A stretch of DNA of 62,954 bases, counting the filler, from Saprolegnia diclina VS20 (taxonomy: Eukaryota), in assembly GCF_000281045.1 (NCBI RefSeq). It is 5 parts of 4 records of this genome, joined end to end, with 100 filler letters (N's around TTAATTAATTAA, not from the genome) between each part and the next. Parts side by side here need not be neighbours in the genome. Positions count along the whole stretch, not along the records: positions 1 to 16,838 come from NW_008246204.1; 4 more parts are not named here. One strand, 5' to 3'. Shown here in pieces: positions 1 through 11,160 of the stretch (position 1 is the stretch's first letter; each line of letters begins with the position of its first letter). Both the position numbers and the translations under genes were made by a program. The notes beneath the pieces were generated by a model that did no database searches, had not been told where the DNA came from, and saw only the letters and a list, made by a program, of their open reading frames with translations.

Positions 1-93
<93 letters not shown>
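1..93. repeat. (CTAT)n tetranucleotide microsatellite
   Basis: Perfect CTAT array at the window start. Confidence 0.99.
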
Positions 94-387
94 CGTCTCG
101 TGCCGACGAGGTTGTACGTTCTGATGCAATGACTACCTACCCCATAAGCAGCGAATCTCCTTGCCAAGCATACTGAGAAGCCAACGCAGCACAGCACACT
201 ACGTAGTGCAATTGTCATCCCTGAAGCATCAACTCTGCACCTTTATCAAAACACAACACCCAGGCATGCGTCCTGTGTTGGTGGAGGCGCCTCGATCTCT
301 ATCAACGCTACCCTCAAGAGTTTATCGACTTGGTATACGCGAACTTGGACTCTTTTACCAATTCGACACTGCATGACATTTTTTCGT

Positions 388-1128
388 TTACGGGTTGGCG
401 TACTTGGCATACGCATTGATATAGTACTCGGGATCGCGCACTGTGAGCTTGAACGCCGGGCGTGCGATCGCGGCTTCGTATGCTGCCGTGAGAAGCGGAA
501 AGCCCTTGGTCACGTCAAAGTCGCGGTAGTGACCAAGAACGTGCTTGAAGCGGAAGAGGAACGGCACGATGTTAATCTCGGCGCTGCTGAGGTCGGCGCC
601 GAGAAGGTACGGGCCGTCGGCGCGAAAGTCGGCCGCGTGGTCGCGGTAGATCTTCTCGAGTTCGCCAAGCGAATCGCGGAGGTTGGCCTCGAGCTTGTCC
701 TTCTTGGCCGGGTCTTGGTTGCGGAGAAGTGCGTAGAACGGGCCAGCCTCAAACTTGGCTTGAGCCAGCTGCGCCAACGCCGCGCGCTCGGGGCTGTCGC
801 GGTTGTGGAGCTTCCCGTCGTTGTACTTGGTGTCCAAGAACTGCGCGACGATCGCCGACTCGTACACAGGGTACCCTTCGTGCACAAGGAAAGGCACGGT
901 GTGGTAGCGGTTAAACTTTTCGACGTAGCTGGGCGGCATCCCAGCGTAGAGACCAATCTCGTACACCGTGAGCGGCGCGTCGACCTCGGCGGCGGTCCAC
1001 AGCGCGCGGTGCCCGAACGGGCAGCCAATGTTGTTGAAGAGATGGACCTTGCCGTCCGTCTTGAGCGCATCGAGCTCAGCGTCCGAGAGCGACGTGTACG
1101 CGACGGTTGTGAGTTGTGTGGCGGGCAT
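388..1128 (-). CDS. Cys-type (omega/lambda-like) glutathione S-transferase, subtype A, 246 aa
   Basis: Intronless ORF with CPFGHR active-site motif, cis-Pro motif TVPFL, YESAIVAQFLD and C-terminal GPYLLGADLSSAEI helix. Confidence 0.93.
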   Translation of the reverse strand: MPATQLTTVAYTSLSDAELDALKTDGKVHLFNNIGCPFGHRALWTAAEVDAPLTVYEIGLYAGMPPSYVEKFNRYHTVPFLVHEGYPVYESAIVAQFLDTKYNDGKLHNRDSPERAALAQLAQAKFEAGPFYALLRNQDPAKKDKLEANLRDSLGELEKIYRDHAADFRADGPYLLGADLSSAEINIVPFLFRFKHVLGHYRDFDVTKGFPLLTAAYEAAIARPAFKLTVRDPEYYINAYAKYANP

Positions 1129-1974
1129 GGTGGCTGGGTGGAACGTTGAAATATGACGATCTTAGTGCCATCTTAGCGCGCCAGCTCTGGTTGAAATGCA
1201 AGATTTCGTATTTATCGAACTATTTAAATTAGCCTCTTGTTTGTATGGAGATCGAGCGATTTCGGTGACATTGCACTTGGCGAGTGACGTGGCACACCAG
1301 ATGGCGAGCAAATCCTGCGAATTCGGCAACGTCAGCCAATCACGTGGCGCCGTGCCATCTACGCAAGGCTGCTGGCAGCTGTGCCCCTTGGACTTTTCTT
1401 CGTCGTCTTGGAGTCCTCACATGTATCCTGTGATGCTAGTCACAAGAGTACAATACCTTGATTCCTCCCGACGTCTTCAGCGGAAATCGTCAAGGCTTCC
1501 GACGTCGCGAACTTGAGCGTTTAGGGCCCTCAACCTTCGCCGGCCGCAAGTTGCATCCTTCGATGATTGGCCAAAAAGACACAGGTTTGCAGGGCATGAC
1601 GCGAGATGATTGGTGGCATGGTACTGTATTACCTCATCATCGCAAATACCAAACGTCAANNNNNNNNNNNNNNNNNNNNNNNNNNNNNNNNNNNNNNNNN
1701 NNNNNNNNNNNNNNNNNNNNNNNNNNNNNNNNNNNNNNNNNNNNNNNNNNNNNNNNNNNNNNNNNNNNNNNNNNNNNNNNNNNNNNNNNNNNNNNNNNNN
1801 NNNNNNNNNNNNNNNNNNNNNNNNNNNNNNNNNNNNNNNNNNNNNNNNNNNNNNNNNNNNNNNNNNNNNNNNNNNNNNNNNNNNNNNNNNNNNNNNNNNN
1901 NNNNNNNNNNNNNNNNNNNNNNNNNNNNNNNNNNNNNNNNNNNNNNNNNNNNNNNNNNNNNNNNNNNNNNNNNN

Positions 1975-2493
1975 TACCACACCGTGCCCTTCCTCCTCGA
2001 CAACGGCAATCCGATCTTCGAGTCGGCGATCATTGCGCAGTTCCTCGACGTCAAGTACAACGGCGGCAAGCTGCACCACCGCGACCACCCCGAGCATGCT
2101 GCGTTGGCGCAGCTGGCCCAGGCCAAGTTTGAAATTGGTCCGTTCTACGGTCTTTTGCGCAACCAGGACCCGACCAAGAAGGAGAGTTTTGAAGCCGACA
2201 TTCGCGAGACGCTCGACGAACTCGAGAAGATCTACCGCGAGCACGCGGCCGAGTTCCGCGCCAAGGGCCCGTACCTCTTTGGCGATGAGCTGAGCAGCGC
2301 CGAGATCAACATCATCCCGTTCTTCTTCCGCTTCCAGATCATTCTCAAACACTACCGCGACTTTGAGCTCCTTACGGGCTACCCGCTCCTCACAGCCGCG
2401 TACGAAGCCGCGGTCGCGCGCCCGGCGTTCAAGCAGACGATCAAGGAGCCCGAGTTCTTTATCAACGCGTATGCCAAGTACGCCAACCCGTAA
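1975..2493 (+). CDS. Glutathione S-transferase, subtype B (5' part lies in N gap)
   Basis: YHTVPFLLDNGNPIFESAIIAQFLD...GPYLFGDELSSAEI...YAKYANP*; divergent from the gene at 388-1128. Confidence 0.88.
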   Translation, partial: YHTVPFLLDNGNPIFESAIIAQFLDVKYNGGKLHHRDHPEHAALAQLAQAKFEIGPFYGLLRNQDPTKKESFEADIRETLDELEKIYREHAAEFRAKGPYLFGDELSSAEINIIPFFFRFQIILKHYRDFELLTGYPLLTAAYEAAVARPAFKQTIKEPEFFINAYAKYANP

Positions 2494-3089
2494 TTTTCTC
2501 AATATAAACACTCCTTCCCTGCGACTTTGACACATGTGGAATTTAGAGGCAATAACGCTATCTGACAAGCCAGAACCAGTCATACCCGTAGCGATAGGAT
2601 ATTCTTCTGACGCGAGATCACGCCGCGCGGTAGCGGCTATCCTGTAGTATTCCTTTTTGCTTCATTCCTGCAAAAGTTGGCTTCATGGTCCATGCAACAA
2701 AACCCTGTCGCGGGCGGGTCAAGATTCTTCAGCATCCCCGACGCCTACAACATAATCCTTCAACCAACACAATCTCACATGCCTTGTCGATACCTCCTCG
2801 TGCCTCCTCGCGTTGCTTCCTTGGGCAATACCTGGTACTCTAGTACATAGTTGTCGGAGGAAGTTCAACCCAAGTTTGTTCCCTGGGTTCCGCCCGACGA
2901 AGCACGGAAGGTTGGGGCGCCGACTTCGCCGGAACGGGTTGGCGTGCTGTTGGACGAATACCGCTCTCGGATTGGTCCATTGCGACTGCTCGCTGGCCTC
3001 TTCGTCGTTTTGATTGGTCAACGCCTTGCATACAAATCCAAAGAGTCAATGTTGAAAAATCCCGCGGCCAAATCCTGTCTCACTGATCG

Positions 3090-3105
3090 TCATTTTCCAA
3101 TTTCC
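3090..3105 (+). promoter_or_regulatory. Oomycete INR+FPR core promoter element
   Basis: TCATTTT-CC-AATTTCC fits YCAYTYY followed by MWTTTNC, about 20 nt upstream of ATG 3127. Several ATTGG (CCAAT) boxes lie upstream. Mirror copy near 6700-6715. Confidence 0.7.
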
Positions 3106-3126
3106 AGCAAACCAGAACAAGAACCC

Positions 3127-3867
3127 ATGTCGACGGCCGACCTCAATGTGATCGAGTACACGGCGCTCTCGGACGCCGAGCTCGCTTCCTTCAAGACTAA
3201 AGACGGCAAGGTCCACCTCTTCAACAACTTCGTGTGTCCCTTTGGCCACCGCGCGCTGTGGGCTGCCGCCGAAGTCGACGTGCCCTTCCAGATCGTCAAC
3301 ATTGACCTCGGCGACATGCCGGCGAGCTACGTGGCCAACTTTAACCGGTACCACACGGTGCCGTTCTTGCTCGACAATGGCTACGCCGTGTACGAGTCGG
3401 CGATCGTTGCGCAGTTTTTGGATGCCAAGTACAACAACGGTGCGATCCACAACCGCGATTTTCCCGAGCACGCAGCGCTCGCGCAGTTGGCCCAAGCCAA
3501 GTTTGAGGCCGGCCCTTTCTACGCCCTTTTGCGCAACAAGGACCCGGCCAAGAAGGCCGAGCTCGAGGCCAACTTGCACGAATCGCTGAGCGAACTCGAA
3601 AAGATTTACCGCGACCACGCGGCCGAGTTTCGGTCCAAGGGCCCGTACTTGCTCGGCGACAAGTTCAGCAGCGCCGAGCTCAACATTGTCACGTTCCTCT
3701 TCCGCTTCAAGCACATCCTCAAGCACTACCGCGACTTTGACATTCTTGAGGGCCTCCCGCTCCTCTCGGCGGCGCTCGAGGCGTCGAGCCAACGCCCGGC
3801 GTTCAAGAAAACGACCAAGGAGCCCGAGTACTACATCCAGGGCTATGCCAAGTTTGCCAACGCGTAA
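3127..3867 (+). CDS. Glutathione S-transferase, subtype C, 246 aa
   Basis: MSTADLNVIEY...CPFGHR...YAKFANA*. Start set at 3127 rather than 2851 because of paralog length and the INR/FPR position. Confidence 0.93.
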   Translation: MSTADLNVIEYTALSDAELASFKTKDGKVHLFNNFVCPFGHRALWAAAEVDVPFQIVNIDLGDMPASYVANFNRYHTVPFLLDNGYAVYESAIVAQFLDAKYNNGAIHNRDFPEHAALAQLAQAKFEAGPFYALLRNKDPAKKAELEANLHESLSELEKIYRDHAAEFRSKGPYLLGDKFSSAELNIVTFLFRFKHILKHYRDFDILEGLPLLSAALEASSQRPAFKKTTKEPEYYIQGYAKFANA

Positions 3868-4468
3868 AAAATTGTCTTTATTGCTTCTGACTACACTATG
3901 CTCTTTCTTTCTTTCAAAACGTCAAAACGGAATGTGGAGCAGACTGCGAGTACCGAGAGTACAGTTTGTACATTTCTGGTCCTGATTCAAACAAGGTGCA
4001 AAGACGTTATGTGTTACCGAAGACTGAAAAATTATATATGTAGTCGACTAGTTAGACGTTGACCGGTCATGATTGGTGTGTTGAATGACTATTTTTGTGC
4101 GCAAAAAGAGACATGGAAATGAGATCGTGATCTCTTGATAACTAGCATATGTATGGATGATGCGTCTCATAGACATACCGGCATTGTCTTCACATTCGCG
4201 GACGAGTGCATCGCCTGACGTGCCCAACCCACAGAAAGTTAATGTCAAGCACTGATTCCGAATGCATATTGTCGGGACTCCTACAACAAATAACATAGTC
4301 CAATCGACATCTTTACTGATCAAGGTTGACTGGTACAGGAGGATGAAGCTACCGAGGTCCCCCGTTTGCCATCGAGGAGACAGACCTATTGAGCAAAAGC
4401 AATACTGAAAACGAGCTTCTGGTTTCGTACCTTCTTGCCGCTCGACCCGTTGCGACTATTCCAATGCG

Positions 4469-4537
4469 TACAAGATCCAGGCACATAGCAAGCGAGCTCG
4501 AGCCATCCACGATCTTCTAGTATCAGTCAAAAGCTAA
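4469..4537 (+). repeat. Dispersed repeat matching the 3' tail of the transposase relic at 53463-53531
   Basis: 63 of 69 nt identical by manual alignment (TACAAGATCCAGGC...GTATCAGTCAAAAGCTAA). Confidence 0.8.
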
Positions 4538-4833
4538 CTCGCCTCACCAACCTCTGGCATGGCGGACACCAACACGGCCTCAAGTAGCTCGGTCTTGTTA
4601 GAGGAATGTCCTTTTCGGGAGCACTCGACCAACGTGAGCTTTGCGTTTGCCAAAGTGTTGGGGTTGTAGACAGTCTAGCTTGTATCTGTTGTGTCAATAC
4701 GACACGAATCGTTTTTGGTGTCGAGTGCCCAACTTGATCGGACAGAGTTTTTGAGATGAATGTGAAACATGTTGGTGGTTTAGTCATCCAAATACTACAG
4801 CGACTAGCGAGTCGTCACAGGAGTACTACTTGT

Positions 4834-5309
4834 TCACGGGTTGGCGTACGTGGCATACGCATGGATGTAGTACTCGGGGTCGCGCGCCGAGCGCTTGAAC
4901 GCCGGGCGTGCGATCGCGGCTTCGTACGCCGCCGTGAGAAGCGGAAAGCCCTTGGTCACGTCAAAGTCGCGGTAGTGACCAAGAACGTGCTTGAAGTGGA
5001 AGAGGAACGGCACGATGCTGATCTCGGCGCTGCTGAGGTCGGCGCCGAGAAGATACGGGCCGTCGGCGCGAAAGTCGGCCGCGTGGTCGCGGTAGATCTT
5101 CTCGAGCTCGCCAAGCGAATCGCGTAGGTTGGCCTCGAGCTTGTCCTTCTTGGCCGGGTCTTGGTTGAGAAGAAGGGCGAAAAACGGGCCAGCCTCAATC
5201 TTGGCTTGGGCCAGCTGCGCCAACGCCGCGCGCTCGGGGCTGTCGCGGCTGTGGAGCTTCCCGTCGTTGTACTTGGCGTCCAAGAACTGCGCGACGATCG
5301 CCGACTCGT
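4834..5309 (-). CDS. Glutathione S-transferase, subtype A copy (5' part in gap)
   Basis: Near-identical to the C-terminal ~60% of 388-1128; runs into an N gap at 5310. Confidence 0.82.
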
Positions 5310-5409
5310 NNNNNNNNNNNNNNNNNNNNNNNNNNNNNNNNNNNNNNNNNNNNNNNNNNNNNNNNNNNNNNNNNNNNNNNNNNNNNNNNNNNNNNNNNNN
5401 NNNNNNNNN

Positions 5410-5548
5410 CCGCGACTTTGAGCTCCTTACGGGCTACCCGCTCCTCACAGCCGCGTACGAAGCCGCGGTCGCGCGCCCGGCGTTCAAGCAGACGATCAAG
5501 GAACCCGAGTTTTTCATCAACGCATATGCCAAGTACGCCAACCCGTAA
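5410..5548 (+). CDS. Glutathione S-transferase, subtype B copy (C-terminal end only; rest in gap)
   Basis: RDFELLTGYPLLTAAYEAAVARPAFKQTIKEPEFFINAYAKYANP* is identical to the end of 1975-2493. Confidence 0.8.
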
Positions 5549-5937
5549 TTTTCCTAATGTGTGCACTCCTCCCATGCGAGTTCGATGACACGTTTGGAAT
5601 TTCGAGGCGAAATGCTATCTGACTGGCCAGAACGAGAGTCATACCGGCAGCGATAGGATATCCTTCGGATGCGAGATCACGGTAGTGGAAGGCTGTCCAG
5701 TAGGAGGCACAGTCCTGTATTCTCTTTCTCTTCGTTGTCAAGAAATAGCTACTTCCCGAGATTAACGATAGACTACATATAACGTTATATAGTCTTCGGG
5801 AAGACACAACATCTTTGCTCCTGGATTGAATCAGGACCAGATCTGTACTCTGGGGACTCTACAGTCTGCTCTGCATTGCGTTTTGAAATTTTTGGAGTGT
5901 GACATAGTGTGGTCAAAAACAATATAAGACAATTTTC

Positions 5938-6678
5938 TTACGCATTGGCAAACTTGGCATAGCCCTGGATGTAGTACTCGGGCTCCTTGGTCGTTTTCTT
6001 GAACGCCGGGCGTTGGCTCGACGCCTCGAGCGCCGCCGAGAGGAGCGGGAGGCCCTCAAGAATGTCAAAGTCGCGGTAGTGCTTGAGGATGTGCTTGAAG
6101 CGGAAGAGGAACGTGACAATGTTGAGCTCGGCGCTGCTGAACTTGTCGCCGAGCAAGTACGGGCCCTTGGACCGAAACTCGGCCGCGTGGTCGCGGTAAA
6201 TCTTTTCGAGTTCGCTCAGCGATTCGTGCAAGTTGGCCTCGAGCTCGGCCTTCTTGGCCGGGTCCTTGTTGCGCAAAAGGGCGTAGAAAGGGCCGGCCTC
6301 AAACTTGGCTTGGGCCAACTGCGCGAGCGCTGCGTGCTCGGGAAAATCGCGGTTGTGGATCGCACCGTTGTTGTACTTGGCATCCAAAAACTGCGCAACG
6401 ATCGCCGACTCGTACACGGCGTAGCCATTGTCGAGCAAGAACGGCACCGTGTGGTACCGGTTAAAGTTGGCCACGTAGCTCGCCGGCATGTCGCCGAGGT
6501 CAATGTTGACGATCTGGAAGGGCACGTCGACTTCGGCGGCAGCCCACAGCGCGCGGTGGCCAAAGGGACACACAAAGTTGTTGAAGAGATGCACCTTGCC
6601 GTCTTGAGTCTTGAAGGAAGCGAGCTCGGCGTCCGAGAGCGCCGTGTACTCGATCACATTGAGGTCGGCCGTCGACAT
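5938..6678 (-). CDS. Glutathione S-transferase, subtype C inverted copy, 246 aa
   Basis: Protein matches 3127-3867 except KTKDG vs KTQDG. Confidence 0.93.
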   Translation of the reverse strand: MSTADLNVIEYTALSDAELASFKTQDGKVHLFNNFVCPFGHRALWAAAEVDVPFQIVNIDLGDMPASYVANFNRYHTVPFLLDNGYAVYESAIVAQFLDAKYNNGAIHNRDFPEHAALAQLAQAKFEAGPFYALLRNKDPAKKAELEANLHESLSELEKIYRDHAAEFRSKGPYLLGDKFSSAELNIVTFLFRFKHILKHYRDFDILEGLPLLSAALEASSQRPAFKKTTKEPEYYIQGYAKFANA

Positions 6679-7206
6679 GGGTTCTTGTTCTGGTTTGCTG
6701 GAAATTGGAAAATGACGATCAGTGAGACAGGATTTGGCCGCGGGATTTTTCAACATTGACTCTTTGGATTTGTATGCACGGCGTTGACCAATCAAAACGA
6801 CGAAGAGGCCAGCGAGCAGTCGCAATGGACCAATCCGAGAGCGGTATTCGTCCAACAGCACGCCAACCCGTTCCGGCGAAGTCGGCGCCCCAACCTTCCG
6901 TGCTTCGTCGGGCGGAACCCAGGGAACAAACTTGGGTTGAACTTCCTCCGACAACTATGTACTAGAGTACCAGGTATTGCCCAAGGAAGCAACGCGAGGA
7001 GGCACGAGGAGGTATCGACAAGGCATGTGAGATTGTGTTGGTTGAAGGATTATGTTGTAGGCGTCGGGGATGCTGAAGAGCCTCGACCCGCCCGCGACAG
7101 GTTTTGTTGCATGGACTATGAAGCTAACTTTTGTAGGTCTGAGGTCTGTGCATTAATGCGACGTGGGCAAATCCGTAGCATCTCGTTCGGAGCTGATAAT
7201 AACGAG

Positions 7207-7757
7207 ATGCCGCCCAGCTACGTCGAAAAGTTCAACCGGTACCACACCGTGCCTTTCCTTGTGTACGAAGGGTACCCTGTGTACGAGTCGGCGATCGTCG
7301 CGCAGTTCTTGGATCCAAGTACAACGACGGGAAGCTCCACAGCCGCGACAGCCCCGAGCGCGCGGCGTTGGCGCAGCTGGCCCAAGCCAAGATTGAGGCT
7401 GGCCCGTTTTTCGCCCTTCTCCTCAACCAAGACCCGGCCATGAAGGACAAGCTCGAGGCCAACCTGCGCGATTCGCTTGGCGAACTGGAGAAGATCTACC
7501 GCGACCACGCGGCCGACTTTCGAGCCGACGGCCCATATCTTCTCGGCGCCGACCTCAGCAGCGCCGAGATCAGCATCGTGCCGTTCCTTTTCCACTTCAA
7601 GCACGTTCTGGGTCACTACCGCGACTTTGACGTGACCAAGGGCTTTCCGCTTCTCACGGCGGCGTACGAAGCCGCGATCGCACGCCCGGCGTTCAAGCTC
7701 ACAGTGCGCGACCCCGAGTACTATATCAATGCGTATGCCAAGTACGCCAACCTGTGA
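7207..7757 (+). pseudogene. 5'-truncated, frameshifted GST subtype A copy
   Basis: Homology begins at MPPSYVEKF, so the CPFGHR region is absent. A 1-nt deletion near 7312-7318 (GGATCCAAG vs GGACACCAAG/GGACGCCAAG in paralogs) shifts the frame. Confidence 0.8.
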
Positions 7758-7892
7758 ACAAGTAGTACTCCTGTGACGACTCGCTAGTCGCTGTAGTATT
7801 TGGATGACTAAACCACCAACATGTTTCACATTCATCTAAAAACTCAAACGACTCGTGTAGTATTGACACACGACAGATACAAGCTAGAATGT

Positions 7893-9089
7893 CTACAACC
7901 CCAACGCTTTGGCAAACGCAAAGCTCAAGGACGCGCCGGCCACGAGACCAAAGTTGACAAAGAAGCTTGCAAACATGCCGGCGCCACTGCGCTCGGCGTC
8001 GTCGACGCAGTCGTTGACGAATACAACGGTGAGCGCGCCGCCGTAGCCGTGCGTCCAGCTAAAGACCGCGACCACAAAGTACGTGATTGCATCGTGTGTA
8101 AAGACGGCGTTGCGGGCCAAGCACACAAAGACCGGAATGCAAAGGCATCGACCGAGCACGAGGCTCCATACGTTCTGGCGCGTAAAACAGAGCTGGTAGC
8201 GCGCGCAGTACCGACCCAAAGCATCAAAGAGCGCATCCCAGCCCATGAGGAGCAGCGGGAACCACCCGGACGCGTTCAAACTCGGGACATTGAAGCTCGC
8301 AATGTCCGTCAAGAGCCCCGGCCACACGAGCATCGTTGAGAAGTTGAGCAGCACGACAAGAAGGCCGTTGAAGCGGATCTTGCGCAGGAGCGTTGGCTGC
8401 AGCACCTTGTGCGTCTGCGGCGTCGCATGCACGGACGCGCTTCCGGGGAGGCGCAAAAGCAGGATATATGAGGCAACGCCAATGGCCATCGTGGCGGCGC
8501 CCGTGTAGAAATACGCCATGGACGCCGGCACGGTCGCATCGCTGGGAAACGCACCTTTGCTCATACAGCGGTACGCGGTCGTGAGAAAGATCGAGAGGCC
8601 AATGCCGAGCTGGACATGTTCAATGCTGCCGCTCGGGTACATGGCAGCGAGGCCAAAGAGCGACGAGCCGGCGACCGCGGCGCCAATGGCCACGACGACA
8701 GAGCAGAGAAGCACCATGATTTCGTGCTGTATCTCCGAAGTCAGGACATAGTACGACGCGGGCAGCAGCAAAAGCACGACCAGCTGCGAGCAAAAGCCGC
8801 CCATGATGCGCCACCGGAACGACTGGCGCGCGCCGATCGCAAGGAGGCCAAAGATGACGACGACGTTGGCAATGTAGTAGGCAAACGAGATGCGAAAGTT
8901 GATGTTGAATGATGGAAAAAGCAGCCGCCAATAGTCGACAGGCTGCACAAGCATGCAAAACGGCGTATAGTAGCAGAGCCCGAGGAGCAGAAAGAGCTGA
9001 TTGGCGCGGCGCGTCTCGGCGACCGACCAGACGACCGGGCTGCACTCAACGTTGTCGCTCGGTGTTGACACGGACGCGTACGGCTCCAT
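7893..9089 (-). CDS. Equilibrative nucleoside transporter (ENT/SLC29 family), ~398 aa
   Basis: About 11 hydrophobic segments and ENT-like motifs (SLFGLAAMYP, STMLVWPG, FDALGRY, FSWTHGYG, GLVAGASLSF). Start taken at MEPYASV. Confidence 0.85.
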   Translation of the reverse strand: MEPYASVSTPSDNVECSPVVWSVAETRRANQLFLLLGLCYYTPFCMLVQPVDYWRLLFPSFNINFRISFAYYIANVVVIFGLLAIGARQSFRWRIMGGFCSQLVVLLLLPASYYVLTSEIQHEIMVLLCSVVVAIGAAVAGSSLFGLAAMYPSGSIEHVQLGIGLSIFLTTAYRCMSKGAFPSDATVPASMAYFYTGAATMAIGVASYILLLRLPGSASVHATPQTHKVLQPTLLRKIRFNGLLVVLLNFSTMLVWPGLLTDIASFNVPSLNASGWFPLLLMGWDALFDALGRYCARYQLCFTRQNVWSLVLGRCLCIPVFVCLARNAVFTHDAITYFVVAVFSWTHGYGGALTVVFVNDCVDDAERSGAGMFASFFVNFGLVAGASLSFAFAKALGL

Positions 9090-9751
9090 TGTAATAATCG
9101 CGTTGTGTTGGTCACCAAGTGCTTTGTACGTTGCGGGCGTCCAGCAGCGCCGGCGATCCCACACGCGTGTGATTGGTCCATCTTGTGAGCTGGCGTACGT
9201 TGATTGGTGCATTCCGAGAGGTACCCTGCGTGATTGGTATCCGTCGCCAAGGATACCAATCGAGACGGCATTCACATGGGTGCCACCGGTGTAGACGCAA
9301 AAAGCCCGTGTGCGCGCCATGAACGTAGCGACGATAGACGAAGAGTAGACACTACGAGGTGGCGCCGAGGGGGCTCGTGTCATTTGGTGGTCGGAAAGCG
9401 ATGCTAGGACTGCGTCGTGTCGACTCTCGCGCCGTTTTGCAGTCCACAGGCGATGACGAGAATGCTACGTTGTCGCCTTTCGGGATCTGGTCGGTCGGCG
9501 CGTGGACCATCATCAAGTGGACGTGTGCGCAACGATCGCGTGCATATGCAGCGGTGGACGTGGCATCCCTTAGACGAGCAAAGATGAGGCTGTCCGTCAT
9601 CTTCGTTTTTACGCGTCAAAAAACAAGAAAATGACCAATCCTTGATGGCACACAAGAGGTGTCTGCCCGTCATCGTCCCACGGCTTGGTCCGTTGCGTGG
9701 ACGCTGTACTCAGTTCCTATGCTGCGGTCCCAAAATGAATCTTGACCGACG

Positions 9752-9874
9752 TCAGTGGTGGTGCCCGCCATGCCCAACAAAGAGCTTCGTCTCGTCGCGC
9801 GACTTGAGTGCCTCGAGCGCCGCTGCCGAGAGCGACGTAAATGCAACCATAGGTAGCTCGCAGCCGCGAGGCAT
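9752..9874 (-). pseudogene. Truncated N-terminal fragment of GST subtype D
   Basis: MPRGCELPMVAFTSLSAAALEALKSRDETKLFV matches 13697-13822, but homology stops just before the catalytic CPxxHR motif and a stop follows. Confidence 0.65.
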
Positions 9875-10276
9875 GTTGAACTCTGCTGGTCGACCGACCA
9901 AGGCGCGGTGTTCGGGAACCCTCGGCACGAGCATTCGAAGCCTGAAGTAAGCGCGATCGCATGATCGCCGCAAGTACGTAAGCGTAGCGTCATCGACCGA
10001 CGCGCCCAACGCGATGACGCGGCGCTTCAATGCGATACTAGTAGCATGTTGGCTGCGTCACCAATGCTACTGCACACGAGTATAAATAGACCTACCGGTA
10101 CCTCAATAATGAACAACTTGTCTTCGCTCTCCCACACCAAACACACCCAAAGGACTCGGAGCTACTTATGCCAAACTATGATACATGTATACGTAGGATA
10201 AACCGAGTAAAGCTAGTCGCCTTCGACAACTCTATTGAAGCATCCTACTTGGCAGATCGTTCTAGTCGCTAGAAGC

Positions 10277-11143
10277 TTACGGCCACGGCATCTCACCCTT
10301 GGCGACCTGCGCGCTGATCTCGAGACTGATGACGCTGCCAGCCTTGGGATACAACGCCGTCATGGCCGCAATAAGGTCCGTGCTGTTGGCAGCCTTGGGC
10401 GTCTCCATGTCAAAGTCGCGAATGTACTTGGCCGTGAACGCGGGCGAGTCAATGTCGGCGACATCACCGACGATCGCGTGGCCCGGCACGATGACGCTGG
10501 GCTTGAGCGCCTCGATCTCCGCCAACGCATTGAGCCACTCGGTGTGCGACTCGGGCGTCTGCGTGTCGGCCATGAACGCGTGGATGTTGTTCTCGAGCAA
10601 GACACCGCCGACGACGGCCTTGAGGTCTTGGATCCACACGTAGCTGCGGGCCGCGGGACCACGGATCTCGAGCGAGTGGCCTTCAAGCGTGAGCTTGTCG
10701 GTCTTCAAGACGTCCGGAAAGATGGTCTTGGCGGGCGCGTCAGCACCAAGCACAGGGGCCCACGTCTTGAGCTTGGCGTCGACCGTCTCCTTGATGTGCT
10801 CGACGACAGGCGCCGTGGCCACGATGGCAGCGTCCGGGAACGCGGCGCGGATCGTGTCGAGGCCAAAGTAGTAGTCGGGGTCGCCGTGGCTCACGTAGAT
10901 GGTGGTGAGGTGCTTGCCGCTGGCCTTGACGAGGTCGACGACGGCCTGCGCCTGGGACTTGCCAAACTGCGCGTTGACGAGGATGGCGTCCTTCTGACCC
11001 GACACGAGCACGGACGAGACGGGGAAGATGGCAGAAGCACCGGGGTTGTACGAGGTGAGCTTGAGGGCCGAGTCGCCGCAGTAGGTCGTGGCGGAGGTGG
11101 CGGCGGCCGTCATCAAGGTGAGCAGAGCAGTGAGGGGGTTCAT
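10277..11143 (-). CDS. Secreted MBL-fold metallo-hydrolase, bacterial-like (resembles Vmh-type family), 288 aa
   Basis: Hydrophobic N-terminus MNPLTALLTLMTAAATSA; motifs YNPG..AIFPVSS, TTIYVSHGDPDYYFG, VIVPGH and C-terminal GEMPW; intronless. Confidence 0.88.
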   Translation of the reverse strand: MNPLTALLTLMTAAATSATTYCGDSALKLTSYNPGASAIFPVSSVLVSGQKDAILVNAQFGKSQAQAVVDLVKASGKHLTTIYVSHGDPDYYFGLDTIRAAFPDAAIVATAPVVEHIKETVDAKLKTWAPVLGADAPAKTIFPDVLKTDKLTLEGHSLEIRGPAARSYVWIQDLKAVVGGVLLENNIHAFMADTQTPESHTEWLNALAEIEALKPSVIVPGHAIVGDVADIDSPAFTAKYIRDFDMETPKAANSTDLIAAMTALYPKAGSVISLEISAQVAKGEMPWP

Positions 11144-11160
11144 GATGTGTTTGGTGTCGA

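Noticed and set aside
1..93. (CTAT)n arrays at contig starts as telomeric repeats
   Set aside because: Oomycete telomeres are TTTAGGG/TTAGGG-like; microsatellites commonly break assemblies.
2851..3126. 92-aa N-terminal extension of GST-C in the ORF track (also 6679-6954)
   Set aside because: Non-ATG start; the region contains CCAAT boxes and the INR/FPR element, and paralogs are 246 aa. It is promoter sequence.
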